Below are positions 1 through 8,320 of a stretch of DNA of 14,768 nt, piece by piece. The position numbers and the translations under genes were made by a program. The stretch is from Tubiluchus corallicola. Taxonomy: Eukaryota; Animalia; Priapulida. A model generated the notes under the pieces. That model had not been told where the DNA came from. It searched no databases and saw only the letters and a program-made list of their open reading frames with translations. The stretch's first letter is position 1, and each line of letters begins with the position of its first letter. The DNA is taken from the NCBI GenBank assembly GCA_030141605.1, contig JAQGDQ010002514.1, positions 1 through 14,768 of the forward strand. Direction: 5' to 3'.

Positions 1-1
1 T

Positions 2-1393
2 CAGAGTCAAAACAAAGACACCGTCATAAAAGACAAAGAGCTTCTAACAGCAGCCCTAAACGGACACATAGATATTGTGGATAACATCCTATCCTCTCAA
101 TGGCCGGACGTTAGCGAAGTCGATGAAGTGGGAAATAATGCACTGATCCATGCCATAAAGGGGGGTAATGGTGACATAGTAGAGTTGTTGATAGAGCATG
201 GCTTTGATATAAATGAAAAGAACTACCTAGATCAAGCCCCCATTCATATTGCATCACAAAACGGCCTTTATAGCATAGCTCGGGGGCTCTTAAGCTTGGG
301 AGCCGATGTGAACTCTAAAGATGCGGACGGCAATACCCCCGTGTTGCATTCTGCGGTATCCCAAAATCCGAACTTAATAGACCTTTTGTCAAGCTACGGT
401 GCAAACATCAACGAGCAGGATAATTCAGGCAAAACTGCGTTAATGAAAGCCGCCAGCTTAGGCAACACAAAGACTGTAAAGACGCTCATCGACAACGGAG
501 CAGACGTCAACATGAGAGATATGGATAATAATACCGCCCTCACCTATGCCGCAAAAAACGGAAACTTGTATGCGTCAAAGGATATTGTAGGAGCAAATAG
601 TGAAATAGATACGGTAAACGCAAGCGGTAATACCCCTTTACTCGAGTCCACAAAGGGTGGATACACAAACGTTACTAAACACCTGCTCGAAAGCGGCGCC
701 GATGTGAATGCTAGGGATTCTTCCGGCAACACACCTCTCATGATTGCGGCTGCAAATGACAATTTGGAGATGACCGAGGAGCTCTTGAAGAGCAATCCGG
801 AACTGGAATTGAAGAATAACAGGAATGAGACAGCCTACGACGTTGCCACTCGGAATGGATACGCCTCTATCCAGAATAGAATCGTAGATGAAATAGACAA
901 CATCAATAATGCTTCAAGGGGTTTGTTTGCATCTGTGGCCAGTGGAGACAGGGTAAAAGTTGCCCGCACCATAGAGAGTGGTGGAAACGCAAATATAGAG
1001 GATAAGAACACAGGCAATACTCCGCTGTTTGTGGCAGTAAGCAATGGAGACTACAACATGGCGAAGCTTTTGCTGGAAAACGGAGCAGATGTAAATAGGG
1101 AAAATATGAACGGCAACACCCCATTGATCTTGGCAGTAAGTAGCAGAAACTACGGTATCAGCTCTCTGCTTCTCAATGCCGGCGCAGATCCGAACATTGC
1201 AAACAACAACAATGACACCGCCCTAATATGGGCAACAAAGAACAATGATCTCGAAACGGCGAAGGGGCTATTAATAGCAGGAGCAAATCCAAACGCAGAA
1301 AACGCAGACGGTCTAACACCGTTAGCGATAGCAAAAGCGGAAAGGCACAGCAAAATAGAGCTTTTCCTAAAATCATCAGGTGCCTACCGCTAG
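2..1393 (+). CDS. Ankyrin repeat protein, about 14 repeats including caps; 5'-truncated at window edge
   Basis: 33-aa periodic GxTPL/ALxxAxxxGxxxxVxxLLxxGADVN repeats. The frame is open from position 2 (QSQNKDTVIKDKELLTAALNGHIDIV...), and the GTG at 77 lies inside a repeat, so the true start is upstream of the window. Stop TAG at 1391-1393. Confidence 0.93.
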   Translation, partial: QSQNKDTVIKDKELLTAALNGHIDIVDNILSSQWPDVSEVDEVGNNALIHAIKGGNGDIVELLIEHGFDINEKNYLDQAPIHIASQNGLYSIARGLLSLGADVNSKDADGNTPVLHSAVSQNPNLIDLLSSYGANINEQDNSGKTALMKAASLGNTKTVKTLIDNGADVNMRDMDNNTALTYAAKNGNLYASKDIVGANSEIDTVNASGNTPLLESTKGGYTNVTKHLLESGADVNARDSSGNTPLMIAAANDNLEMTEELLKSNPELELKNNRNETAYDVATRNGYASIQNRIVDEIDNINNASRGLFASVASGDRVKVARTIESGGNANIEDKNTGNTPLFVAVSNGDYNMAKLLLENGADVNRENMNGNTPLILAVSSRNYGISSLLLNAGADPNIANNNNDTALIWATKNNDLETAKGLLIAGANPNAENADGLTPLAIAKAERHSKIELFLKSSGAYR

Positions 1394-1497
1394 AGACATG
1401 CGCCAAAAGCCGACTTTTGAAAAAATGCTACGGCCTTGGCGGAACCCTACAACCCAAAAGCTAGCATCGCAAAAATATATGGAGTGCACTCAAAAAA

Positions 1498-3051
1498 CTA
1501 TATACTAGACAAACCTTTCTCGCCATCTCCTTGCTGTTTTCTGGTGAGATATCTGTTCAACGCATTAACATATGCTTTAACACTTGCTACGATAATATCC
1601 GTGTCATACCCGCTACCCCTGACAATTTTACCAGAGGATTCAAAATCTACAGAGATATTGACCCCCCCTTGAGCATCTTTGCCAGAAGTTACCGCATCTA
1701 TCTTATAAGTAATTAATTTGCCAGAAACACCCGCAATTCTCTCCACAGCCTTGAACGAAGCATCTACTGGCCCATCCCCTATGGAAGCATCTAGAGTAAC
1801 GTTACCGTCACTATCCTTTAGTGAAACTGTAGCCGTAGGCATTGCACGATTTCCTGAAAGCACCTGGACATTCTGCAAGGAGTAGAAATCCTCCATATGC
1901 CTATCTAGCCCAAACGCTATAGTCTCCAAATCTTCATCAAAAATCTCTTTCTTTTTATCCGCCAGAACCTTAAATTCCTCAAAAGCTCTTTCCAAGTCAG
2001 CCTCAGTCAGGCCGAGCCCTAAGTTAGACATCCTGTCAACAAAAGCGTGCCTGCCGGAATGTTTTCCAAGGACAAGGCTATTCGAGGGGACACCTATACT
2101 CTCAGGAGTCATAATCTCATAAGTTGTGGGCTCTTTCAACACACCATCTTGATGTATACCAGCTTCATGAGCAAAGGCATTCTTGCCGATGATAGCCTTA
2201 TTAGGCTGAACATCAACACCGGTAATGGAAGTGAGAAGCTTGCTTGTACGATAAATTTCGGAGGTATTTATCGATATTTCAATGTCATTGAAGAAATCTT
2301 TTCTGGTCACCACAGACATTACAATTTCCTCCAAAGAAGCATTTCCAGCTCTTTCCCCGATACCATTTACGGAACACTCCACCTGAGAAGCCCCAGCCTT
2401 CACAGCAGCAAGAGAGTTGCTGACGGCAAGGCCCAAATCGTTGTGACAATGGATACTTACCACAGCTTTATCAATATTTGGAACCCTGTTCATTATGGTG
2501 GAAATAAATGTCTCGATTTCCCAAGGGGTTCTATAGCCCACAGTATCCGGGATATTCACCGTGGATGCACCGGCTGTAATGACCTCTTCTATGACCTTGC
2601 AAAGGAAGTCCATATCAGTTCTCATGCCATCCTCAGGGCTAAACTCCACATCGTCACAAAAATTTCTGGCGTAAGCTACCATAGATTTTGCTTTATCCAA
2701 CACACTCAAAGGCTCCATCTTCAATTTATACTTCATGTGAATAGGGGAAGTAGCGATAAATGTGTGAATTCTAGGACGAACTGCATCCTTTAAAGCATCC
2801 CTTGCAGCATCGATATCTTTTTTATTTGCTCTGCAAAGTCCTGCTACCGTCGTGTTTTTTATGACACTGGCAACACCCTTCACAGATTCAAAATCCCCCG
2901 GCGAAGATACCGGAAAGCCCGCTTCAATAACGTCAACACCGAGCCTTTCCAACTGCAAGGCAAGCTTTATCTTCTCAGAAGGGCTCATGCTAAACCCCGG
3001 CGCTTGCTCTCCATCTCTCAACGTTGTATCAAAAACTATAAGCTTTCTCAT
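1498..3051 (-). CDS. leuA: 2-isopropylmalate synthase
   Basis: Motifs DTTLRDGEQ, IEAGFP, PDTVG, HCHNDLG, GIGERAGNA, HEAGIHQDG, LGKHSG, plus the C-terminal regulatory domain (GDGPVDA). SD GGGAG at 3063-3059, 7 nt before the ATG. Confidence 0.96.
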   Translation of the reverse strand: MRKLIVFDTTLRDGEQAPGFSMSPSEKIKLALQLERLGVDVIEAGFPVSSPGDFESVKGVASVIKNTTVAGLCRANKKDIDAARDALKDAVRPRIHTFIATSPIHMKYKLKMEPLSVLDKAKSMVAYARNFCDDVEFSPEDGMRTDMDFLCKVIEEVITAGASTVNIPDTVGYRTPWEIETFISTIMNRVPNIDKAVVSIHCHNDLGLAVSNSLAAVKAGASQVECSVNGIGERAGNASLEEIVMSVVTRKDFFNDIEISINTSEIYRTSKLLTSITGVDVQPNKAIIGKNAFAHEAGIHQDGVLKEPTTYEIMTPESIGVPSNSLVLGKHSGRHAFVDRMSNLGLGLTEADLERAFEEFKVLADKKKEIFDEDLETIAFGLDRHMEDFYSLQNVQVLSGNRAMPTATVSLKDSDGNVTLDASIGDGPVDASFKAVERIAGVSGKLITYKIDAVTSGKDAQGGVNISVDFESSGKIVRGSGYDTDIIVASVKAYVNALNRYLTRKQQGDGEKGLSSI

Positions 3052-3058
3052 GTCATAT

Positions 3059-3103
3059 CTCCCATAAATTTATGGGAAGAGCTAAAAGTAACCCTTCCCA
3101 TAA
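3059..3103 (-). promoter_or_regulatory. leuA leader with overlapping inverted repeats (alternative hairpins, terminator or operator)
   Basis: TTATGGGAAG (3103-3094, minus) pairs perfectly with CTTCCCATAA (3079-3070), extendable to 14 bp with two G-U pairs and a 6-nt loop. A perfect 18-bp palindrome TCCCATAAATTTATGGGA (3060-3077) overlaps it and covers the SD. The repeats are seen directly; the function is inferred. Confidence 0.6.
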
Positions 3104-3107
3104 TAAA

Positions 3108-3137
3108 AATCTACCAAACTGTGAAACGAGCTGTCAA
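3108..3137 (-). promoter_or_regulatory. Putative sigma70 promoter for leuA
   Basis: Minus strand: perfect -35 TTGACA (3137-3132), 18-nt spacer ending in TGG (extended -10), then -10 TAGATT (3113-3108). Predicted +1 near A3101. Confidence 0.65.
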
Positions 3138-3143
3138 TCTACA

Positions 3144-4166
3144 TCAATTGGTTTCTTCATCAATTATCTTATTGTCACCCAACCAAGCCATCATGCTTCT
3201 CAGCTGTTTACCAACCTCTTCTATTTGGTGCTCTTCTCCAATCCTAGCCAAAGCGTTAAATTTCGGTCTGCCAATGGAGTTATCCAAAAAGAACTCATGA
3301 ACAAAGGACCCATTCTTGACATCTTCCAAAACCTTCTTCATATTCTCTTTAACTTCTGGAGTAATGACCTTCGGCCCTACTGCCATGTCTCCGTACTGAG
3401 CCGTATTGCTTATGGAGTAGCGCATCGCCGAGATGCCACCTTCATACATCAGATCTATAATAAGCTTCATTTCATGCAGACACTCAAAATATGCCATTTC
3501 TGGAGCATATCCATCCTCCACAAGGGTCTCAAAACCGTACTGAATGAGCTTCACCAGCCCACCGCAGAGAACAGCTTGCTCACCAAAAAGGTCTGTTTCC
3601 GTTTCATCCTTAAAGGTAGTAACAAAAGAACCACCCCTTGTGCCGCCTATGGCAGCAGCATAGCTTAGAGCCATTTCAAGCCCGTAGCCATCAGAATTGT
3701 AATCCGGATCAACCGCCACAAGACACGGTACGCCGCCACCCTTGACATATTCCGTGCGAACGAGATGTCCAGGCCCCTTAGGAGCAATCATGATAACACC
3801 AACCCCTTTGGGAGGCACAATCATCTTGTAATGTATATTCAGTCCATGGGAAAACGCAAGATACTTCCCAGGGGTCAAGTGCGGTCTGATATACTTGCTG
3901 TATACAAGTCTCTGTTGCTCATCAGGGATGAGAACCATAATGATATCAGCCCACTCAGCAGCCTCAGCTATCTCTTTCACCTGAAAGCCTGCCTTTTTTG
4001 CCTTTTCAGCAGAACGACTGCCAGCTCGCAAACCAATAACTACATTGACACCAGAGTCTTTCAGATTATTTGCCTGACCATAACCCTGACTACCATAACC
4101 GATTACCGCAACCTTTTTTGCCTTGATCATGTCAATGTTGACATCTTTCTCATAAAATAACTTCAC
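3144..4166 (-). CDS. ilvC: Ketol-acid reductoisomerase (class I, short)
   Basis: Motifs IGYGSQG, GLRAGSRS cofactor loop, APKGPGH, ETETDLFGEQAVLCGG, AYFECLHE, SISNTAQYG. Start moved from TTG 4181 to GTG 4166 because GGAG (4179-4176) lies 9 nt upstream. Confidence 0.96.
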   Translation of the reverse strand: MKLFYEKDVNIDMIKAKKVAVIGYGSQGYGQANNLKDSGVNVVIGLRAGSRSAEKAKKAGFQVKEIAEAAEWADIIMVLIPDEQQRLVYSKYIRPHLTPGKYLAFSHGLNIHYKMIVPPKGVGVIMIAPKGPGHLVRTEYVKGGGVPCLVAVDPDYNSDGYGLEMALSYAAAIGGTRGGSFVTTFKDETETDLFGEQAVLCGGLVKLIQYGFETLVEDGYAPEMAYFECLHEMKLIIDLMYEGGISAMRYSISNTAQYGDMAVGPKVITPEVKENMKKVLEDVKNGSFVHEFFLDNSIGRPKFNALARIGEEHQIEEVGKQLRSMMAWLGDNKIIDEETN

Positions 4167-4183
4167 TCTACAAAACTCCAAAT

Positions 4184-4684
4184 TTATTTCGAAACATCCG
4201 TTGTCGATTTATTCCCTCTAGCCATAGCGATAGATCCGCTTCGAACAACCTCTATCAAACCATAAACCCTGACAACGTCTAAAAAACTCTGAATTTTATC
4301 CTTTGACCCAACGATCTCTATTATCGTAGATCTAGTAGTCATATCGATGACACTGCCCCCAAAAGCGGTTACAATGTCGCATATATCCCCTATCTCTTTA
4401 CACGTGGCATGAATCTTCACCAGGACAACTTCCCTTTCAATGTGATTCATCCTAGTCACTTCTCTAACGTGTATGACATTCACCAACTTTCTGAGCTGCT
4501 TTATCACCTGTTCTGTAACCTGCTGATCCCCGGTAGATATGATAGTCATCACGGAACAAGCCGGGTTATCCGTAGTATTAACGGACAAACTCTCAATATT
4601 GAAACCCCTGCCCGAGAACATACCTGCAACCCTTGCAAGAACCCCAAAACTATTTTCAACGGTAATAGAAATAATGTGTCTCAT
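4184..4684 (-). CDS. ilvN: Acetolactate synthase small (regulatory) subunit
   Basis: N-terminal ACT domain VENxxGVLARVAGMFSGRGFNIESL, KQLRKLVNV, EVVRSG. Lies between ilvB and ilvC. Confidence 0.95.
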   Translation of the reverse strand: MRHIISITVENSFGVLARVAGMFSGRGFNIESLSVNTTDNPACSVMTIISTGDQQVTEQVIKQLRKLVNVIHVREVTRMNHIEREVVLVKIHATCKEIGDICDIVTAFGGSVIDMTTRSTIIEIVGSKDKIQSFLDVVRVYGLIEVVRSGSIAMARGNKSTTDVSK

Positions 4685-4711
4685 AAGATAAAGTAACTCA
4701 CACCCACAACT

Positions 4712-6409
4712 TTACTTCAAAATCATTTCATCAAGCGCGGCACCAGGAGCAACCATAGGCAATACATTCTCCTCCCTATCCACGACAAAATCCATGACAA
4801 CAGGTCTATCCCCTGTTTTAAACGCCTCTTCAAGAACCGGAACCACCTCTGAAGGTTTTTCAGCTCTTAAGCCTACGCAGCCATAAGACTCCGCAAGCTT
4901 CACAAAGTCTGGTTGACATTCAAGGCACGTATAGGAATACCTGTTATTAAAAAACATCCCCTGCCACTGTCTGACCATACCCAAAAATCTATTATTCAAT
5001 ATAACTATCTTCACGCCCAAACGATACTGAACGGCAGTTGCAAGCTCTTGAATATTCATCTGTATGCTTCCATCTCCGGCAATATCAACAACCTCTACGT
5101 CAGGAAGAGCCAGCTTTGCGCCAATGGCAGCCGGAAAGCCGAACCCCATAGTGCCCAAACCGCCGGAACTAATGAACCTCCTCGGATGCTTAAACTTATA
5201 GAACTGAGCGCTCCACATCTGATTCTGGCCAACTTCCGTGGTAATTATGGCCTCTCCTCCAGTGACTTCGTAGAGCTTTTCTATGACATACTGGGGCTTT
5301 ATCACGGTATCGCTCTTTTTGTAAGTGAGCGGATGCTCCTCATCCCAATAAGATATCTTCATCTGCCACTTACCCCTGTCTTCACTCTCCTTGCTCCAAT
5401 CGTACTTGTCAAGAATACTCAACATTTGGCGCACAACCACCCGAACATCCCCGACGATAGGGATATCTATCCGAACATTTTTGCTAATGCTGGCAGGGTC
5501 AATATCGACATGAATGATCTTGGCATCTTTAGCAAAGCCGTCCAGCCGTCCGGTACTGCGGTCAGAAAACCTAACGCCTATAGCGATGAGACAATCAGAC
5601 CTGCTAACCGCCATGTTCGCAGCATACTTGCCATGCATCCCCATGCACCCGACAAAATTTTCATGATCCGACGGAAAACAACCTAAACCCATAAAGGTAG
5701 AAACAACAGGTATATTAAGTCTTTGAGAAAGTTCTATCACATCTTTCGAAGCATAGCTGTGAGAAACCCCACCTCCTACGATGATTAAAGGCCTTTTAGA
5801 CGTTTCGATAAGCTTCAAGGACTTCTTCACTTGCAAGATATGTCCTTCTATCTTTGGATTGTAGCCCGCAAGCTGAATGCCGCTTCTGTAGCTAAACACA
5901 GCCTTGTCAGCGAGAACGTCCTTGGGCAGATCCACAACCACGGGGCCAGGTCGCCCGGTTTTTGCAATGTGGAAAGCCTCTTTAATTATGGAGGAGAGCT
6001 CATGAACACTCTGCACAAGGTAGCTGTGCTTTACAATCGGGCGAGTAATTCCGATGATGTCCGCTTCCTGAAATGCATCCCCACCGATCAAGCTCGTCGG
6101 CACTTGCCCCGTAAAAACCACAAGCGGTACGGAATCCATGTATGCATCCGCAATGCCTGTAACCAAGTTTGTAGCACCGGGGCCTGACGTTGCCATGCAC
6201 ACCCCCACCTTGCCGCTAGCTCTTGCATACCCTTCCGCAGCGTGAATGCCGCCCTGCTCATGACGAGGTAAGACGTGCAAAAACCTACTGTCAAATACCT
6301 TGTCATAAAAGCCTAGAAGAACACCGCCAGGATAACCGAAGAAGACCTCAACGCCCTCTTTATACAAACACTCTAAAAGTATTTCCGCTCCACTAATCGC
6401 TTTGGACAT
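4712..6409 (-). CDS. ilvB: Acetolactate synthase large (catalytic) subunit
   Basis: Motifs FGYPGG, RHEQ, TSGPGATN, GRPGPV, GQNQMW, SSGGLGTMGFG and the ThDP-binding GDGSIQMN...NN. Start is probably ATG 6409 (MSKAISGAEIL); GTG 6424 is the alternative. Confidence 0.96.
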   Translation of the reverse strand: MSKAISGAEILLECLYKEGVEVFFGYPGGVLLGFYDKVFDSRFLHVLPRHEQGGIHAAEGYARASGKVGVCMATSGPGATNLVTGIADAYMDSVPLVVFTGQVPTSLIGGDAFQEADIIGITRPIVKHSYLVQSVHELSSIIKEAFHIAKTGRPGPVVVDLPKDVLADKAVFSYRSGIQLAGYNPKIEGHILQVKKSLKLIETSKRPLIIVGGGVSHSYASKDVIELSQRLNIPVVSTFMGLGCFPSDHENFVGCMGMHGKYAANMAVSRSDCLIAIGVRFSDRSTGRLDGFAKDAKIIHVDIDPASISKNVRIDIPIVGDVRVVVRQMLSILDKYDWSKESEDRGKWQMKISYWDEEHPLTYKKSDTVIKPQYVIEKLYEVTGGEAIITTEVGQNQMWSAQFYKFKHPRRFISSGGLGTMGFGFPAAIGAKLALPDVEVVDIAGDGSIQMNIQELATAVQYRLGVKIVILNNRFLGMVRQWQGMFFNNRYSYTCLECQPDFVKLAESYGCVGLRAEKPSEVVPVLEEAFKTGDRPVVMDFVVDREENVLPMVAPGAALDEMILK

Positions 6410-6536
6410 ATTAAACCGTTCCACCCAACTAAATAAAGTTCATCCCGTACCCTAATGATGATAACATTTCATACGCATTATGAACAGCAAAAAAGCTGCC
6501 CAACATCAAGAGGGTGTATTTATCATTCTTCTTTTA

Positions 6537-8195
6537 TCACTCAAAAGTAGAATATATAGCGCCCTGAGCAGCACTGCTGACGCTGGCTGCATATTTTTTC
6601 AGATAACCTCTGGTGATTTTGGGCGCAGGCTTCTTCCAGACAGATCTCCTTGCTGCAACAACATCATCCGCAACATTCAAGTTTATACTCCGATTCGGAA
6701 CATCTATGGTAATTTCATCTCCATCCATCACAAGGCCTATTAGACCGCCTTCCACAGCTTCCGGAGATACGTGACCGATACAAGGTCCCCTTGTGCCCCC
6801 GGAAAATCTACCATCAGTGACAAGGGCAACCCTGTTTAAATTTAAACCGGATATGGCACTGGTGGGAGCTAACATTTCACGCATCCCCGGGCCACCTTTA
6901 GGCCCCTCGTACCTTATCACAACTATATCTCCGTTCTCAATTTTCCCAGCCATAATAGCTTGCATAGACTGTTCTTCGCTGTCAAATACCTTTGCTTTGC
7001 CGGTAAAAACCAACATGTCTTCATTAACCGCAGACTGCTTTATGACACACCCATCTAAAGCGATGTTCCCCCTAAGGACAGCTATTCCGCCCTCTTTGTG
7101 GTAAGGTTTGTCAGTGCTTCGGATTATATCATCATCCATTATCATAGCGCTGCTTGCTATCTCCTTCACAGTTTGCCCAGATGTCGTCATGACATCACGC
7201 AAGTGCTCCTTCAAACTGAGAAAAACCCCCGGCATTCCTCCGGCATTATCCAAATCTTCCATAAAATATTCCCCACCGGGGCGCAAGTTGGATATGTGAG
7301 GGGTAGTTTTGCTGAGCCTATCAAAATCGTCCAGAGTTATAGACAAGCCCGCTTCAGCAGCAATAGCCGGTATGTGAAGGGTGGTGTTAGTTGAACCACC
7401 AAGGGCAAGGTCTGTTATAACAGCATTCTCAAAAGCTTCAAAATTCATTATATCCCTAGGCTTGATATCATTCTCTATCAATTCGCATATCCTCAAGCCG
7501 CTTTCGAAAGCTATCCTCTTCTTCTTTGACTGACCAGCCAAAGCTGTAGCGCATCCCGGCAAGCTCATGCCCAAAGTCTCCGTAATGCAAGCCATAGTAT
7601 TAGCGGTGTATAGCCCTTGGCAAGCGCCTTGGGAGGGACACGCACACTGTTCAAGATTGTGAAGTTCCTCAGCATCTATCTCGCCCTTGCTGTATTTTGC
7701 CATAGCTTCAAAAGTATCTCGGACAAAAGAACGCCTTTGCATGCGCCAATTCCCCGAAGGCATGGGCCCAGCTGTTACAACGATGGAAGGCACATTGATA
7801 CGGGCAAGAGCCATAAGCATTCCCGGAGTAATCTTGTCGCAATTCGTCAAAAATACTACTCCGTCAAGCCTGTGCCCCTCTATAACGCACTCTGCTATAT
7901 CAGCTATCAGCTCCCTGCTGGGAAGGCTGTAGTGCATACCGGTATGACCCATGGCAATACCATCACATATGCCCGGAACACTGAATATAAAACTGTATCC
8001 GCCGCCACTGTGAACACCTTTTTCTATAAAGCGTTCTAAATCGCGCATACCAGTGTGACCTGGAATGAGATCTGTAAAACTGGAACATATACCTATGAAC
8101 GGACGATCCATTGAGCTCTTGTCAACTCCACTGCCGTAAAGCAGAGCACGATTGGGTGCTCTCTCAAAACCTTTCTTCAAAATATCGCTTCGCAT
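6537..8195 (-). CDS. ilvD: Dihydroxy-acid dehydratase
   Basis: Motifs [72 protein letters not shown]. Confidence 0.97.
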   Translation of the reverse strand: MRSDILKKGFERAPNRALLYGSGVDKSSMDRPFIGICSSFTDLIPGHTGMRDLERFIEKGVHSGGGYSFIFSVPGICDGIAMGHTGMHYSLPSRELIADIAECVIEGHRLDGVVFLTNCDKITPGMLMALARINVPSIVVTAGPMPSGNWRMQRRSFVRDTFEAMAKYSKGEIDAEELHNLEQCACPSQGACQGLYTANTMACITETLGMSLPGCATALAGQSKKKRIAFESGLRICELIENDIKPRDIMNFEAFENAVITDLALGGSTNTTLHIPAIAAEAGLSITLDDFDRLSKTTPHISNLRPGGEYFMEDLDNAGGMPGVFLSLKEHLRDVMTTSGQTVKEIASSAMIMDDDIIRSTDKPYHKEGGIAVLRGNIALDGCVIKQSAVNEDMLVFTGKAKVFDSEEQSMQAIMAGKIENGDIVVIRYEGPKGGPGMREMLAPTSAISGLNLNRVALVTDGRFSGGTRGPCIGHVSPEAVEGGLIGLVMDGDEITIDVPNRSINLNVADDVVAARRSVWKKPAPKITRGYLKKYAASVSSAAQGAIYSTFE

Positions 8196-8219
8196 AACTT
8201 AACACTCTCTTAAAACTTT

Positions 8220-8250
8220 AAAAAACTACAAAAGCGCGAACTACTGCGCC
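8220..8250 (-). terminator. Weak intrinsic-terminator-like hairpin upstream of ilvD
   Basis: Minus strand GGCGC-AGTAGTTC-GCGCT (8250-8233) followed by TTTGTAGTTTTTT. The stem is only 4-5 bp. Confidence 0.25.
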
Positions 8251-8259
8251 AACACAACA

Positions 8260-8289
8260 AATATATACTTATCTTACCCTCTAAAGCAA
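8260..8289 (-). promoter_or_regulatory. Putative sigma70 promoter for the ilvD-ilvB-ilvN-ilvC cluster
   Basis: Minus strand TTGCTT (8289-8284), 18-nt spacer, TATATT (8265-8260), within the 125-bp ispG-ilvD gap. Confidence 0.4.
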
Positions 8290-8320
8290 GGCTATTTTGA
8301 CGAGTTTAGATAAAAAGAGA

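Noticed and set aside
77-79. GTG at 77 as the ankyrin gene start
   Set aside because: It lies inside a repeat and the frame is open back to position 2.
1436-1672. 78-aa + strand ORF after the ankyrin gene
   Set aside because: TTG start with no clear SD, mostly antisense to the leuA 3' end, and no motif.
3060-3077. CATAA/TTATG palindrome as a Xer recombination site
   Set aside because: The arms are only 2 bp apart; Xer sites need 6-8 bp.
2047-5686. Long + strand ORFs 2047-2793, 3072-3668, 3765-4160 and 4913-5686, and similar shadow ORFs elsewhere
   Set aside because: Antisense to well-supported conserved genes, with no recognisable motifs.
6459-6488. dif/cer-like Xer site on the minus strand (GCTGTTCATAA-TGCGTATG-AAATGTTATCA), about 3 kb from xerC
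   Set aside because: The left arm matches E. coli dif at 8/11, but the right arm matches only 6/11, lacks the inner TT and needs an 8-bp spacer. An intra-operon location is also unlikely.
6425-6536. Short minus-strand ORFs (MINTPS*, MLGSFFAVHNAYEMLSSLGYGMNFI*) as ilvB leader peptides, and a Fur-box-like AT-rich stretch
   Set aside because: No run of Ile/Leu/Val codons, no downstream terminator, and a poor match to the Fur 7-1-7 symmetry.
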